From contig JAGXAN010000007.1 in NCBI GenBank assembly GCA_019075865.1, positions 68,237 to 132,236 of the forward strand: 64,000 nt of DNA, in the 5' to 3' direction. The notes below the pieces were generated by a model. That model was not told where the DNA came from. It searched no databases and saw only the letters and a program-made list of their open reading frames with translations. Made by a program: the position numbers and the translations under genes. Positions 22,861-33,755 of this stretch are shown one piece after another. The stretch is from Hyphomicrobiales bacterium. GTDB lineage: Bacteria; Pseudomonadota; Alphaproteobacteria; Rhizobiales; Beijerinckiaceae. Positions within the stretch are counted from its first letter, which is position 1; every line of letters begins with the position of its first letter.

Positions 22861-23403
22861 ATGCTCCAACGGTTTTTTCGAAAATCACGTAACCGCGCGT
22901 TGATCGTCCGGTTGCACGGGGATGTCGTCGCGGCATCGCGTCAAAAGGCATTCTATCTGGAGTATGGTGTGGCCGACAGTTTTGAAGGCCGCTTTGAAAT
23001 GGTTGCCATCCATTCCGGGCTGCTGCTCAAGCATTTGCAATCCTTGCCCGCGCCAGGAAAAGATGTGGCGCAGGATTTGATCGATGCTGTTTTTGAAAGC
23101 TTCGATACGGCTTTGCGTGAAATTGGCGTCAGTGACGTTTCGGTCGGCAAGAAAATGAAACAACTGGCGGAGGCGTTTCTGGGCCGCACGCGGGCGCTGG
23201 ACGCGGCCTTGTCCAAGGATGACCTGATGGCCCTGCAAACAACCTTGTCGCGCAATGCGCTGGCGGGGGAGGGTGACAGCGCCCGGCTCGCCCAATATGT
23301 ATTGCAAGTTCAGGCGGGTTTGAAAAATGTGCCATTGGCCGTTATTCTTACCTCTGCGGTTCCGTTTCCGGACGCGGCCCAGGTCATTGTGCCCGCGCTA
23401 TAA
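22861..23403 (+). CDS. Ubiquinol-cytochrome c chaperone (Cbp3-like) family protein
   Basis: 180 aa from ATG 22861. The sequence (FYLEYGVADSFEGRFEMVAIHSGLLL..L......AQDLIDAVFESFDTALREIGVSDVSVGKKMK) resembles the family usually found beside yceD-plsX in Rhizobiales. The assignment is from memory of that family. Confidence 0.75.
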   Translation: MLQRFFRKSRNRALIVRLHGDVVAASRQKAFYLEYGVADSFEGRFEMVAIHSGLLLKHLQSLPAPGKDVAQDLIDAVFESFDTALREIGVSDVSVGKKMKQLAEAFLGRTRALDAALSKDDLMALQTTLSRNALAGEGDSARLAQYVLQVQAGLKNVPLAVILTSAVPFPDAAQVIVPAL

Positions 23404-23425
23404 TTTGGCTCTTGGAGGCGAGAGA

Positions 23426-23977
23426 ATGATGAACCCATCCACTGAAAGACCGCCGTTTTCGCGTGTGTTCAGCGTGAGCGAATTGCGCGATACGGGCCAT
23501 GAAATTGCCATTACCGCGACCCGAGAGGAATGCGAGGCGCTGGCCAAAGCCGATCAATTGGTCGCGCTTTCCGATGTCGAAGCGGATTTTCGAATCCAGC
23601 GGCGCAGTCGCAAACAATTGGTGGTCTCGGGCAATGTGCGGGCGCAGGTGACCCAAAACTGCGTGCTGACGCTTGAGCCGTTTACAGTGCCGCTGCGCGA
23701 AGAATTCGAGGTCAGGTTCGAGGCACCCAGCCGCGAGCACAAATTTGAAATAAGTGAGGCCTTCTCCGAAGAGCCGGAGAGCGATCCACCCGATCCGATC
23801 ATTGATGGCCGGATTGATCTGGGTAAACTGGCGGCGGAATTTTTGGCACTGGGGCTGGATCCCTATCCGCGCAAACCCGGCGCTGAATTCGTCAGCAGCC
23901 CCGCACCCTTGAACGAGGAACGTTCACCCTTCGCCGGATTGAGGGATAAATTGTCGCAAGGCGACAAGCAGAAATAG
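23426..23977 (+). CDS. yceD: YceD/DUF177 family protein (23S rRNA accumulation protein)
   Basis: 183 aa starting at ATG 23426, with GGAGG 8 nt upstream. The acidic tail (DPPDPIIDGRIDLGKLAAEFLALGLDPYPRKPG) is typical of DUF177. It lies upstream of plsX. Confidence 0.8.
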   Translation: MMNPSTERPPFSRVFSVSELRDTGHEIAITATREECEALAKADQLVALSDVEADFRIQRRSRKQLVVSGNVRAQVTQNCVLTLEPFTVPLREEFEVRFEAPSREHKFEISEAFSEEPESDPPDPIIDGRIDLGKLAAEFLALGLDPYPRKPGAEFVSSPAPLNEERSPFAGLRDKLSQGDKQK

Positions 23978-24090
23978 GCACACAAGTGCCGGAATGCGCT
24001 TTGCCGCAGGCCTGAGGCCTTGCCTTGCCAAGCCAAGTGGCTATGGTGCGGCCAAACGTAACAATAAAGCTCGTAGGGGCCATTCACGAT

Positions 24091-25167
24091 ATGACTGAAA
24101 CTGTGCGCATTGCACTGGACGCCATGGGCGGGGATAACGGCCCGCCCGTAGTTGTTGCAGGCGCAGCCTTGGCATTGCAGCGCCATCCCACGTGCCAATT
24201 CATTTTTTGTGGCGATCAGGCCAAGATTGCGCCTTTGCTGGATGGCAATGCCGCGCTCAAACAGGTGTCGCGCATCGTCCATACGGAAGTTGCGGTCAAA
24301 ATGGACGACAAGCCGAGCCAGGCCCTGCGCATGGGACGGCGCACCTCCTCCATGTGGCTGGCGATTGAAGCGGTGAAAAAAGGTGAGGCGGATATTGCCA
24401 TTTCTGCCGGTAATACCGGTGCGCTGATGGCAATGTCGAAGATATGCCTGCGCACATTGCCGCATGTCGAGCGGCCGGCGATTGCGGCCGTATGGCCAAC
24501 ATTGCGCGGCGAATCGATTGTGCTCGATGTCGGCGCTTCGATTGGAGCGGATGCCCAGCATCTGGTCAGCATGGCGATTATGGGTGCGGCCATGGCCAAT
24601 ATCGTGCTCAATCTGCCGCGCCCCAAGGTTGGCCTGTTGAATGTCGGTGTCGAGGAGATCAAGGGTCTTGAAGAGGTCAAGGCGGCCTCGCGGATTTTGC
24701 AGGATGCCAATTTGCCGGGCCTCGATTATCGAGGTTTTGTTGAGGGCGATGATATTGGCAAGGGCACAGTGGACGTTGTGGTCACGGAAGGCTTTACCGG
24801 GAATATCGCCCTGAAGACGGCCGAAGGCACCGCGCGTCAGATTGCGCATTACCTGCGTGAAGCCATGGCCGGCGACTGGATGTCGCGCATCGGCTATCTA
24901 TTTGCACGCAAGGCCTTTGCTGCGTTGCGCACGAAGATGGACCCGCGCCGCTCCAATGGCGGTGTGTTTCTCGGGCTCGATGGCATCGTGCTGAAAAGCC
25001 ATGGCGGCACCGACGCCTTTGGCTATGCTGGTGCCATTGACGCGGGCTTTGCCTTGGCCAACAATGGATTTCTGGCCAAGATCCGCGATCAATTGGCGCA
25101 ATCCATGGAACAGCATCTGGCTGAATTGGCGACACCCGCTGTGCCCGATGCCGGAACAATTTCCTGA
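24091..25167 (+). CDS. plsX: Phosphate acyltransferase PlsX
   Basis: [14 protein letters not shown]-terminus and [10 protein letters not shown] motif. I chose ATG 24091. Confidence 0.93.
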   Translation: MTETVRIALDAMGGDNGPPVVVAGAALALQRHPTCQFIFCGDQAKIAPLLDGNAALKQVSRIVHTEVAVKMDDKPSQALRMGRRTSSMWLAIEAVKKGEADIAISAGNTGALMAMSKICLRTLPHVERPAIAAVWPTLRGESIVLDVGASIGADAQHLVSMAIMGAAMANIVLNLPRPKVGLLNVGVEEIKGLEEVKAASRILQDANLPGLDYRGFVEGDDIGKGTVDVVVTEGFTGNIALKTAEGTARQIAHYLREAMAGDWMSRIGYLFARKAFAALRTKMDPRRSNGGVFLGLDGIVLKSHGGTDAFGYAGAIDAGFALANNGFLAKIRDQLAQSMEQHLAELATPAVPDAGTIS

Positions 25168-25198
25168 CAATGTTTCTCCTTCAGAACAGGCTAACCCC

Positions 25199-26188
25199 GT
25201 GACAACCGCTCAAAAGACTTTGCGCTCCGTGGTTCTTGGCGTGGGGTGCTATCTGCCCTCGCGCTGCGTCAGCAATGCCGATATGGAAAAGATGGTCGAC
25301 ACGTCCGATGACTGGATCGTGCAGCGCACCGGCATCACCCAGCGCTATATTGCGGCAGAAGGCGAGACGACCTCCATGCTGGGGTTGAATGCCGCCAAGG
25401 CTGCGCTTGAAAATGCCGGAGTTGCGGCCAGCGATATTGATTTGATTATCGTGGCGACTTCGACGCCCGATTACACTTTCCCCGCCGTCGCGACACAAAT
25501 TCAGGCGGGCCTTGGCTTGCAGACCGGCGTCGCCTTTGATTTGCAAGCCGTGTGCTCGGGCTTTGTGTTTGCGGTTGCAACCGCTGACAAGTTTCTGATT
25601 TCGGGGTCGCACAAGCGGGCGCTGGTGATTGGCGCGGAGACGTTTTCGCGGCTGCTGGACTGGGAAGACCGCACGACCTGCGTGCTGTTTGGCGATGGCG
25701 CGGGGGCGATGGTGCTGGAAGCGCAGGAAGGCGAGGGCACAGCCCAGGATCGTGGCGTGCTCACCTCGCATCTGCGCTCGGATGGACGGCACCGTGCCAA
25801 GCTCTACGTCGATGGCGGCCCCTCGACCACGCAGACTACCGGGCATTTGCGAATGATCGGCAAGGAAGTGTATCGCCATGCGGTAGGCATGGTCACGGAT
25901 GTCATGCTGGATGCTTTCAAGGCAACAGGTACCAGCGCGCAAACGCTGGACTGGTTCGTCCCGCACCAGGCCAATCGTCGCATTATTGATTCGTCGGCCG
26001 AGAAGCTGGGAATTGCGCCGGAGAAGGTGGTCACCACGGTTGACCGGCATGGTAATACCTCGGCGGCCTCGATCCCGTTGGCGCTTTGTGTTGCGGTCGC
26101 GGATGGGCGTATTCAAAAAGGCCAATTGGTGATGATTGAGGCCATGGGCGGCGGCTTCACCTGGGGCAGCGCGCTGATTCGGTGGTAG
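25199..26188 (+). CDS. fabH: 3-oxoacyl-ACP synthase III
   Basis: [12 protein letters not shown], active-site Cys (AVCSGFVFA), HQANRRI and GNTSAASIP are present. A GTG 25199 start is preferred. ATG 25148 is the alternative and overlaps plsX. Confidence 0.93.
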   Translation: MTTAQKTLRSVVLGVGCYLPSRCVSNADMEKMVDTSDDWIVQRTGITQRYIAAEGETTSMLGLNAAKAALENAGVAASDIDLIIVATSTPDYTFPAVATQIQAGLGLQTGVAFDLQAVCSGFVFAVATADKFLISGSHKRALVIGAETFSRLLDWEDRTTCVLFGDGAGAMVLEAQEGEGTAQDRGVLTSHLRSDGRHRAKLYVDGGPSTTQTTGHLRMIGKEVYRHAVGMVTDVMLDAFKATGTSAQTLDWFVPHQANRRIIDSSAEKLGIAPEKVVTTVDRHGNTSAASIPLALCVAVADGRIQKGQLVMIEAMGGGFTWGSALIRW

Positions 26189-26215
26189 CGGGCAAAGTCG
26201 CCGGAAAGGGCGCGC

Positions 26216-27808
26216 CTATTGCGCACCCAACCTGAGCAAGCGGTAATTGATCGAATCGATCAAGGCCTGAAACGAGGCATCGACGATGTTGGCGGAAACG
26301 CCAACGGTTGACCAGCGCTCCCCGGCACCATCGCCAAATTCAATCAGCACGCGGGTAACCGCGTCAGTGCCTCCCTGAAACACGCGGACGCGATAGTCGA
26401 GAAGTTCAACCGTCTCGATAAATTGCTGATATTTGCCAAGATCTTTGCGCAGCGCCAGATCCAGCGCATTGATCGGGCCATTGCCCTCGGCGGCGGAAAT
26501 CAGATTTTCGCCATTGACCTTGAGTTTGACGACCGCCTCCGAAACATTGACAATTTTACCCTCGGCATCGTGGCGGCGCTCGACATTGACGCGGTAGCGC
26601 TCGACATCGAAATAATGGGGCACTTCACCCAAAATGCGTTTGGCCAGCATGAAGAATGAGGCATCCGCGCCCTCATAGGCGTAACCTTGCGCTTCTTGCT
26701 CCTTGACCTCGTCCAGCAGGCGGGAAATGCGTGGGTCATCCTTGTGAACCACAAGGCCCAATCGCTCCAGCTCGCTGAGAATATTGGATTTGCCTGCCTG
26801 ATCCGAAACCAGCACGCGGCGCAGGTTACCAACGGATGATGGCTCCACATGCTCGTAAGTTGCCGGCTCCTTCATCACCGCAGAGGCGTGAATGCCTGCC
26901 TTGGTGGCAAAGGCGCTGGCCCCGACATAGGGGGCATGGCGGTTGGGGGCACGGTTGAGCAATTCATCCAATGTATGGCTGAGCTTGGTCAGTGATTTCA
27001 ATTGCGTCAGGCTGACGCCGATCTCGAAACGGCTTGAAAGCTCGCTCTTGAGCAAAAGGCTTGGAATGAGGGAGGTAAGATTGGCATTGCCGCAGCGCTC
27101 GCCGAGGCCGTTCAGCGTGCCCTGAATTTGGCAGGCACCCGCTTCAATGGCGGCCAGCGAATTGGCAACAGCATTTTCGGTGTCGTTGTGGGCGTGAATG
27201 CCAAGCTGGCTGCCGGGCACGGTCTTGGCCACATCGCGGACAATGGCGCTGATTTCATGGGGCAGGGTGCCGCCATTGGTATCGCAAAGTACAATCCAGC
27301 GTGCGCCCGCCTTGAAGGCTGAGGTAGCGCAAGCCAGCGCATAGTCGCGATTGGCCTTGTAGCCGTCGAAAAAATGCTCGCAATCGAGCACGACCTCGCG
27401 CCCTTGCGCCAGCGCGGCGCGCACGGAAGCGTCAATGCCCTCGAGATTTTCTTCCAGCGTGCAGCCGAGGGCGACGTGGACGTGGTAATCCCATGCCTTG
27501 GCGACAAATGTGATGGCATCGGCATCGGCGGCGAGCAGGGCGGTCACACCGGGGTCGTTCTGGGCGGATCTTCCGGCGCGCTTGGTCATGCCAAAAGCGG
27601 TGAATTTGGCGTGTTTGAGCGGGTTTTTATTGAAAAACTCGGTGTCGGTGAGGTTGGCACCCGGATAACCGCCTTCCACATAGTCGAGACCGAGCCCGTC
27701 CAGCATGGCGGCGATCTGGCGCTTGTCCTCCAGGGAGAAATCGACGCCGGTGGTCTGCGCGCCATCGCGAAGGGTGGTGTCAAACAGATGGATACGGGTC
27801 TTGGTCAT
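26216..27808 (-). CDS. cimA: Citramalate synthase (LeuA/CimA family, long form)
   Basis: 530 aa with an HMGL-like N-terminus ([22 protein letters not shown]) and a LeuA-dimer-like C-terminal domain. The length and N-terminus fit the CimA-type clade. Substrate specificity is inferred. Confidence 0.8.
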   Translation of the reverse strand: MTKTRIHLFDTTLRDGAQTTGVDFSLEDKRQIAAMLDGLGLDYVEGGYPGANLTDTEFFNKNPLKHAKFTAFGMTKRAGRSAQNDPGVTALLAADADAITFVAKAWDYHVHVALGCTLEENLEGIDASVRAALAQGREVVLDCEHFFDGYKANRDYALACATSAFKAGARWIVLCDTNGGTLPHEISAIVRDVAKTVPGSQLGIHAHNDTENAVANSLAAIEAGACQIQGTLNGLGERCGNANLTSLIPSLLLKSELSSRFEIGVSLTQLKSLTKLSHTLDELLNRAPNRHAPYVGASAFATKAGIHASAVMKEPATYEHVEPSSVGNLRRVLVSDQAGKSNILSELERLGLVVHKDDPRISRLLDEVKEQEAQGYAYEGADASFFMLAKRILGEVPHYFDVERYRVNVERRHDAEGKIVNVSEAVVKLKVNGENLISAAEGNGPINALDLALRKDLGKYQQFIETVELLDYRVRVFQGGTDAVTRVLIEFGDGAGERWSTVGVSANIVDASFQALIDSINYRLLRLGAQ

Positions 27809-29115
27809 GATTTGTAGGTCCAGGAAGTTGTGCCGTCTTTGTTGTCCTTGAGCACCACGCCTTCGGCGAGCAACTCATCACGAATGCGATCGGATTCGGC
27901 CCAGTTGCGCGCTTGCCTCACCGCCAGCCGCTGCGCAATGCGTAGTAAAATCTCCGTGTCGGGCAGGCCGGCCGGTTGCGGTTCAACCGTGGCTGCCATG
28001 CCCATGAACCCCATGGTCGCCGAAAGGATGCCGGCATCGTCCAATTGGTGCATTTGGGTGATGGCGCGCGGCGTGTTGAGATCATCATACAGGGCATCGA
28101 GCACGGTTGGCGCGATCATACTTGGCGCAGCACCGGCACTTTTGTTACGCCAGGCGGCGAGAATGGCTTCACTTTCCTTTAGTCCAGCCATCGTCCAGTC
28201 GATCGGCTGGCGATAATGGGTTTTCATCATGTTCAAACGCACGACATCGCCCGGCCAATCGTTGAGGACATCGCGGATCGTAATGAAATTGCCCTCGCTT
28301 TTCGACATCTTGCGCCCTTCGACCTGTAAAAAGCCGTTGTGCATCCAGACGTTGGCCATCACGTCATGACCAAAAGCGCAGCGCGATTGCGCGATTTCGT
28401 TTTCATGGTGCGGAAAGATGAGGTCGATGCCGCCGCCATGAATGTCGAATGTTTCGCCCAGATGGCGGGCGCTCATGGCCGAGCATTCTATGTGCCAACC
28501 GGGGCGTCCAAAACCCCATGGGCTTTCCCAGCCAGGCTCGTTGGCGCTGGATGGCTTCCAAAGCACAAAATCCATGTCGCCGCGCTTGTAAGGGGCGACA
28601 TCGACGCGCGCACCGGCGATCAGTTCATCCAGCGGGCGGCGCGATAGCTGGCCGTAATCTGGCATGGAGGGAACCGAGAATAACACATGCCCTTCAGCCG
28701 CATAGGCATGACCGCTGATGATGAGCCGGTGAATGATTTCCTGCATCTCGGCGATATGATCGGTTGCGCGCGGCTCGACATCGGGCGGCAGGCAGCCAAG
28801 CGCGGCGACGTCGGCCCGAAAGGCTGCCGCTGTTGCCTCGGTGAGTTCGCGAATCGATATGCCACGCTCATTGGCGCGGGCGTTGATTTTATCGTCGACG
28901 TCGGTGATGTTGCGCACATATTTGACATGCCCGGCCCCGTAAACATGGCGCAGCACGCGATAGACGAGGTCAAAAACAAGGATCGGGCGGGCATTGCCAA
29001 TATGGGCAGCGTCATAGACCGTGGGGCCGCAGACATACATGCGCACCGCCTGAGGGTCGATGGGTTGAAAATCAACCTTGCTGCGGGCCAAAGTATTGTA
29101 AAGGTGCAACTTCAT
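27805..29115 (-). CDS. cysS: Cysteine--tRNA ligase
   Basis: HIGH motif ([16 protein letters not shown]) and KMSKS motif (KMSKSEGN). The stop overlaps the cimA start (ATGA). Confidence 0.95.
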   Translation of the reverse strand: MKLHLYNTLARSKVDFQPIDPQAVRMYVCGPTVYDAAHIGNARPILVFDLVYRVLRHVYGAGHVKYVRNITDVDDKINARANERGISIRELTEATAAAFRADVAALGCLPPDVEPRATDHIAEMQEIIHRLIISGHAYAAEGHVLFSVPSMPDYGQLSRRPLDELIAGARVDVAPYKRGDMDFVLWKPSSANEPGWESPWGFGRPGWHIECSAMSARHLGETFDIHGGGIDLIFPHHENEIAQSRCAFGHDVMANVWMHNGFLQVEGRKMSKSEGNFITIRDVLNDWPGDVVRLNMMKTHYRQPIDWTMAGLKESEAILAAWRNKSAGAAPSMIAPTVLDALYDDLNTPRAITQMHQLDDAGILSATMGFMGMAATVEPQPAGLPDTEILLRIAQRLAVRQARNWAESDRIRDELLAEGVVLKDNKDGTTSWTYKS

Positions 29116-29411
29116 AACAAACCTCGTGGCACGCTGGCCTTAAGGTTGCAATCTCGTGTTGGTTAAAAACAGAGGAGGGCACCCGCCAGCAAGAAAGCTA
29201 GCAGCTAATAATCGGTGAAAAGCTTGGCTTGGTTCCAAATTTCATGGTTGACCATGGCCCAAAGCTGAGGCAAATGTCAATTCCAATGCGACGCGGCAAT
29301 TGAAATTCGTTTTTTCGAATTTGCCTTGCCAGGCAGTTAATTTATTCATCACAATTTTATGGCTTTATCAGAAATCTGATTGGCTGAACATTTCGATTTG
29401 GGACTTTATTT

Positions 29412-29789
29412 ATGCGTCATATTCGTGCGTCCGTACGCCGGTTTTTCTATGTGCCTGTTACGCTCCTTGGCTTTGCGGGTCTGGCAATGGCCGCCAATAC
29501 GCCAGTGACGAAGCCGCAGGCGGCGCCGGTCAAAGACCATCGCCAGACTTTCGTTTCCTATGTGCTGCCGCGCGATGACGGCTATGGTTTGAGTGATTGC
29601 CTGACCGGGGGCACCAGTTGCGGCCAGATGGTTGCGGATATGTGGTGCAAATCGCATGGCAATGGGCCGTCGGTTTTCATTGGAAGCAGCAGCGACGTTA
29701 CAGGCGCGTTGCCCGAAATGACCAAGGTGAATGCCACCGATGCCAGTGCCAAACCGTCCGATTCGGTGATTGTGCGTTGCAAGGCCTGA
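29412..29789 (+). CDS. Hypothetical secreted protein with four Cys
   Basis: 125-aa ORF with a Sec-type signal peptide (…LLGFAGLAMA|ANTP). The mature part has 4 Cys (DCLTGGTSCGQMVADMWC...VRCKA). I recognise no family. The SD is weak and the upstream region is AT-rich. Confidence 0.55.
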   Translation: MRHIRASVRRFFYVPVTLLGFAGLAMAANTPVTKPQAAPVKDHRQTFVSYVLPRDDGYGLSDCLTGGTSCGQMVADMWCKSHGNGPSVFIGSSSDVTGALPEMTKVNATDASAKPSDSVIVRCKA

Positions 29790-29966
29790 GCTTCAGCTGG
29801 AAGTAATCTGCCTTGGTGTAGTTGCCTTGATTTGGACGGAAATATCCGCCAAACACCGACTTGGCTTTATGATTTGCTTTGCGTGGAAAGCAATTATTCG
29901 AGTTTAGGCAATTCTTGCCCGATGGGGAAGAATCGATTGCACTTTTGAAACTTTTGGGCAGAAAAT

Positions 29967-31148
29967 TTGAACCGGCATTTACGCCTTTGGATTTTGGGCA
30001 TTGCATTAGCGTCCAGCCTCGGTTTTGGCGGCAGTGCGCAAGCGCTCAGTCGTCAGTGCCTTGGCTTGCGCGCGCAGATTCATGCGCTGGCCCGTCGCGG
30101 CAACGGTGGCAGTCTTGCCGCAGTGCGTGGCGCAGCCAGCCAATTGGCGAGGCTGGAAAATAGCGCCGAATCCATGGGCTGCAACAACCGCAAATTCCTG
30201 TTTTTTGGCAAGGACCCACCGCGTCAATGCGGGCGGGTTGAAGCGCAGATTGGCCAACTCCGGGCGCGCGTCGCACAATTGCAGTCCGCCGCCGGTAGCG
30301 CGCAGAATGGTCAAGCGCAATTGGCGAGCCTTCGCGCCCAATATAATGATGAGTGCAACCAGAGCCGGCAGGCGGCGCGGGCCGCACCCCCGCCGCAGCG
30401 CAACCTGTTTGATGCCCTGTTTGGTGGCCGTCAGGCCGAATATAACCAGCCCCCGCAAGTCGATGACAACCGCCAGGAATTGCTGCGCGATGCGGAGCCA
30501 GGTGACGGTGGCGAACCACGGCGCGCGCGTGACAATGGTGATGATAATTCTTCCAACATCATCGAGATGCCGTCTTCCGGCGGGGCCCGGGGCGGCCCCA
30601 AGGCGGTGTGCGTGCGCACTTGTGATGGCGCTTTTTTCCCGGTTTCCTACTCGGCGCGTCCCCGCAATTTTGAAGCATTGCAGGAATTGTGCACGGCGCG
30701 TTGCCCCAATGCCGAGGTGAAGCTTTATACCTACCATAATGGGGCGGATATTGGCACGGCGATATCCACCGACGGCGAATCCTACAAGGATTTGGCCAGC
30801 GCATTCAAATATCGCACGGCACTGGATGCCAGTTGCACGTGCAAGCCGGCCAATCAGACCTGGGTGCAGGCATTGGCCCATGCAGAGGAAGTGCTTGGTG
30901 AGCAGGATAAAGGCGATATTGTTGTTACCAAGAAGCAGTCTGACCAGATGGCTTTGCCCGTGCCGGTAAAATTGCCGCATAACAAGGCGGGTGGACGATT
31001 GCCGGCCGCCGACCCAAAAGAGAAGCCGGGCGAGGGCGTTGCGTCCATCGCCCCGGTTGCCAAACCGGCACCTGCCAGCACCTATCACACGATTCGCGGC
31101 CCGAATGGCGTCAAGCGGCGGGTGCGGATAGTCGAGCCATTGCAGTAG
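29967..31148 (+). CDS. DUF2865 domain-containing secreted protein
   Basis: Signal peptide ([14 protein letters not shown]). Q/A/R-rich helical region. C-terminal Cys-rich module ([14 protein letters not shown]...[15 protein letters not shown]...SCTCKP), which matches my memory of DUF2865. Confidence 0.75.
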   Translation: MNRHLRLWILGIALASSLGFGGSAQALSRQCLGLRAQIHALARRGNGGSLAAVRGAASQLARLENSAESMGCNNRKFLFFGKDPPRQCGRVEAQIGQLRARVAQLQSAAGSAQNGQAQLASLRAQYNDECNQSRQAARAAPPPQRNLFDALFGGRQAEYNQPPQVDDNRQELLRDAEPGDGGEPRRARDNGDDNSSNIIEMPSSGGARGGPKAVCVRTCDGAFFPVSYSARPRNFEALQELCTARCPNAEVKLYTYHNGADIGTAISTDGESYKDLASAFKYRTALDASCTCKPANQTWVQALAHAEEVLGEQDKGDIVVTKKQSDQMALPVPVKLPHNKAGGRLPAADPKEKPGEGVASIAPVAKPAPASTYHTIRGPNGVKRRVRIVEPLQ

Positions 31149-32490
31149 CACGGCCAATCAGGGGCAGCAGGCTTGCCAGTTCCGGGCCATGCTCGTGGCC
31201 GGTGAGGGCGAGACGCAATGGGTGGAACAGGGCCCGGCCCTTGCGCCCGGTCGCGGTCTTGATGGCACTTGTCCACTGTGCCCAGGTTTCATGATTCCAG
31301 GGTTCCGCCGGCAATAGCGGCACGGTGGCGGCTATATAATCGGGGTCCTCGATCAACGGCTGAATGGGTTGGGTGATAACCGCCCACCAGATTTTGGCGT
31401 CATTGAGAATGTTCAGATTGGAACGAACTGCCAGCCAGAAAGCCTGCAGGTCGCAGGGGCCCTCGACCAGGCCCATTTCGTGCAAACGCGCTGCGACATC
31501 CGCATAGGGTAACTGGTGCAGTGTGCGGGCGGAAAGATGCGCGAGTTCCACTTCGTCAAATCGTGCCGCATTGCGCGAAATATGCGATAAATCCAGTAAA
31601 TCCTGCAATTCGCGCATTGAAGTTATCGGTCGCACCGCGTCTGAGGAACCGGTCAATACCGCCAGAGCGGCGATTGCCAGAGGCTCGATGCCAGCCTCGC
31701 GCAGGGCAGTGAGCGACAGGGCACCCGAGCGCTTCGATAGTCCCTCGCCGCTGGCGGTTGTCAACAGGTTGTGATGCGCAAACTGCGGCACGCATCCGGG
31801 CCCGCCCAATGCTTCGAAAATCTGGATTTGGACGGCGGCATTGGTGACGTGATCTTCGCCGCGGATGACATGCGAGATCGCCAGATCAATATCATCGACC
31901 ACGGAGGGCAGGGTATAAAGATAACTGCCATCTGCGCGGATAAGCACCGGATCGGACAATGAAGCTAATTCGACGTGGCAGGAACCTCTTATAAGATCCT
32001 GCCATTCAACGGTTTTATCATCTAGCTTGAAACGCCAGTGGGGCTTCTTGCCTTCCGCGAGCAGGGCAGCCTTCTCGGTTTCTGTGAGATTCAGGGCGCT
32101 GCGGTCATAGACCGGGGGCAGGCCGCGCGCCTGCTGGCGCTTGCGCTTGCGGTCGAGTTCATCGGCGCTTTCAAAGCAGGGGTAAAGGCGACCGGATGCA
32201 CGCAAGTTATCGGCCGCTTCATCGTAGAGGGCGAAGCGTTCCGATTGGCGGACAACTTTGTCTGGGTTTATACCAAGCCATTGTAAATCAACGGATATTG
32301 ACTGCGCAAATGCTTCTTTTGAACGCTCGATGTCGGTGTCGTCGAAACGTAATATGAAGCTGCCATGGAATCGACATGCAAATAAGTAATTCAGAAGTGC
32401 CGTGCGCGCATTGCCAATGTGGATGCGGCCCGTTGGTGAGGGCGCGAATCTTACGGTCGTGGGCTTTGGTGAGGAAACTGTTGGGTTCAT
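31111..32490 (-). CDS. gltX: Glutamate--tRNA ligase
   Basis: [16 protein letters not shown] (HIGH motif), HVIRGEDH, and a KMSKS-equivalent LSKRSG. 459 aa. Confidence 0.93.
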   Translation of the reverse strand: MNPTVSSPKPTTVRFAPSPTGRIHIGNARTALLNYLFACRFHGSFILRFDDTDIERSKEAFAQSISVDLQWLGINPDKVVRQSERFALYDEAADNLRASGRLYPCFESADELDRKRKRQQARGLPPVYDRSALNLTETEKAALLAEGKKPHWRFKLDDKTVEWQDLIRGSCHVELASLSDPVLIRADGSYLYTLPSVVDDIDLAISHVIRGEDHVTNAAVQIQIFEALGGPGCVPQFAHHNLLTTASGEGLSKRSGALSLTALREAGIEPLAIAALAVLTGSSDAVRPITSMRELQDLLDLSHISRNAARFDEVELAHLSARTLHQLPYADVAARLHEMGLVEGPCDLQAFWLAVRSNLNILNDAKIWWAVITQPIQPLIEDPDYIAATVPLLPAEPWNHETWAQWTSAIKTATGRKGRALFHPLRLALTGHEHGPELASLLPLIGRATAMARLSAPAA

Positions 32491-32602
32491 GACAGCAATG
32501 GCTTTCCCGGAATTGGCGATGGTCGCATAGTTTCTTGTGACCTAATCTGGTGAAAATGTTAAGGGCATGGCAAGTGCTTACCGGGGTGAATGAGGGAATG
32601 CT

Positions 32603-33742
32603 ATGAATTTAATGGAAGTCCTTGCCGGTTATGCCGCAATCTCTTTGTCCATCCACGTTGTTTCCACCGCGCTCGCCTGGCGACGTTGCACCCATATTCC
32701 GGATTTGCCGCAACCGGCCCCCGATTCGCCGCCGGTCAGTCTGGTGCGGCCGCTGTGCGGGGTAGAGGCTTTCGAGCGTGAGACCTTGCTGTCATCGTTC
32801 ATGCTCAACTATCCCAATTATGAAATCGTGTTTTGCGTGGCGGATGCGCAGGATCCGGTGATTGGGCTTGTTGATCGGCTGATGGCCAGTTTCCCGCAAA
32901 TTCCGGCGCGGTTGATTATTGGTGACGAAAAGGTCAGCGCCAATCCAAAGCTCAACAATGTGGTGCGTGGCTGGGATGAATCACGATTTGACTGGATCAT
33001 CATGGCCGATTCGAACGTGCTGATGCCCGAGGATTATATCCAGCGCATGATGGCGCGTTGGACGACCAATACCGGCCTCGTCTGCGCCTGCCCGATTGGG
33101 GCGCGGCCCAGCGACTTTGCCGGGGAACTCGAATGCGCATTCCTCAACACCTATGAGGCGCGCTGGCAATATACTGCGGAGCGGCTAGGCTTGGGGTTTG
33201 CGCAGGGCAAATCCATGTTGTGGCGACGCGACATTCTGGAGCGCGGCGGCGGCGTGCGGGCGCTGGCGTCGGAACTCGCCGAAGATGCGGCCGCCTCCAA
33301 ACTGGTGCATGCGCAGGGGTTGAAGATTCATCTGGTTGAAGGGCCGTTCGTGCAGCTTTTGGGGCCGCGCAAATTATCGGCAGTGTGGAGCCGTCAATTG
33401 CGGTGGGCGCGGTTGCGACGCGCGACTTTCCCGCTGTTTTTTGCACCAGAGGTGTTGACCAGCGCCTTATGGACGATTGCGGCGGCGGGAATGGCTGCGG
33501 AGCTTTCCGGCCGACCGGGCTGGCTTATCGCGTTGATTGTCGCTGCCATCTGGTATGGGCTGGAAGCCCGGCTGGCGAAGGCGGCCAATTGGCAGTTCTC
33601 GCCGATGAGCCTGCCCGCTTATGTGCTGCGCGATCTGTTTTTGCCGCTGCTATGGCTTCAGGCGTGGATGGGTGACGATTTCGTGTGGCGGGGCCATTCG
33701 ATGAACGTCAAGGAAGAAAGCCCGAACGCCGGGCAGCCTTGA
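32603..33742 (+). CDS. GT21-type membrane glycosyltransferase (ceramide glucosyltransferase-like / Pgt-like)
   Basis: N-terminal TM segment, a GT-A core with conserved Asp positions (CVADAQD, MADSNV) and a Q-x-x-R-W motif (RQLRWARL), plus C-terminal TM segments. This architecture fits the ceramide glucosyltransferase family. Confidence 0.75.
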   Translation: MNLMEVLAGYAAISLSIHVVSTALAWRRCTHIPDLPQPAPDSPPVSLVRPLCGVEAFERETLLSSFMLNYPNYEIVFCVADAQDPVIGLVDRLMASFPQIPARLIIGDEKVSANPKLNNVVRGWDESRFDWIIMADSNVLMPEDYIQRMMARWTTNTGLVCACPIGARPSDFAGELECAFLNTYEARWQYTAERLGLGFAQGKSMLWRRDILERGGGVRALASELAEDAAASKLVHAQGLKIHLVEGPFVQLLGPRKLSAVWSRQLRWARLRRATFPLFFAPEVLTSALWTIAAAGMAAELSGRPGWLIALIVAAIWYGLEARLAKAANWQFSPMSLPAYVLRDLFLPLLWLQAWMGDDFVWRGHSMNVKEESPNAGQP

Positions 33743-33755
33743 GTTTAATCGCCGG

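Noticed and set aside
29297-29330. AT-rich hairpin AAATTCG-TTTTTT-CGAATTT upstream of the small secreted-protein ORF, considered as a terminator or riboswitch stem.
   Set aside because: The stem is a weak 7-bp A/T-rich helix with no flanking conserved-looking structure. It is most likely just part of the AT-rich promoter region.
30006-31157. 383-aa minus-strand ORF almost coextensive with the DUF2865 gene. This raises the question of which strand is coding.
   Set aside because: The plus-strand product has a signal peptide and the conserved Cys-rich DUF2865 module. The minus-strand product is Arg/Ala/Gly-rich low-complexity without a start context.
32489-32495. Exact CTGTCAT Pho half-site (minus strand) in the gltX/GT21 divergent region.
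   Set aside because: It overlaps the gltX start codon. The second heptamer after the 4-nt spacer (CCAACAG) matches only 3 of 7 positions, so it is not a credible PhoB box for either gene.
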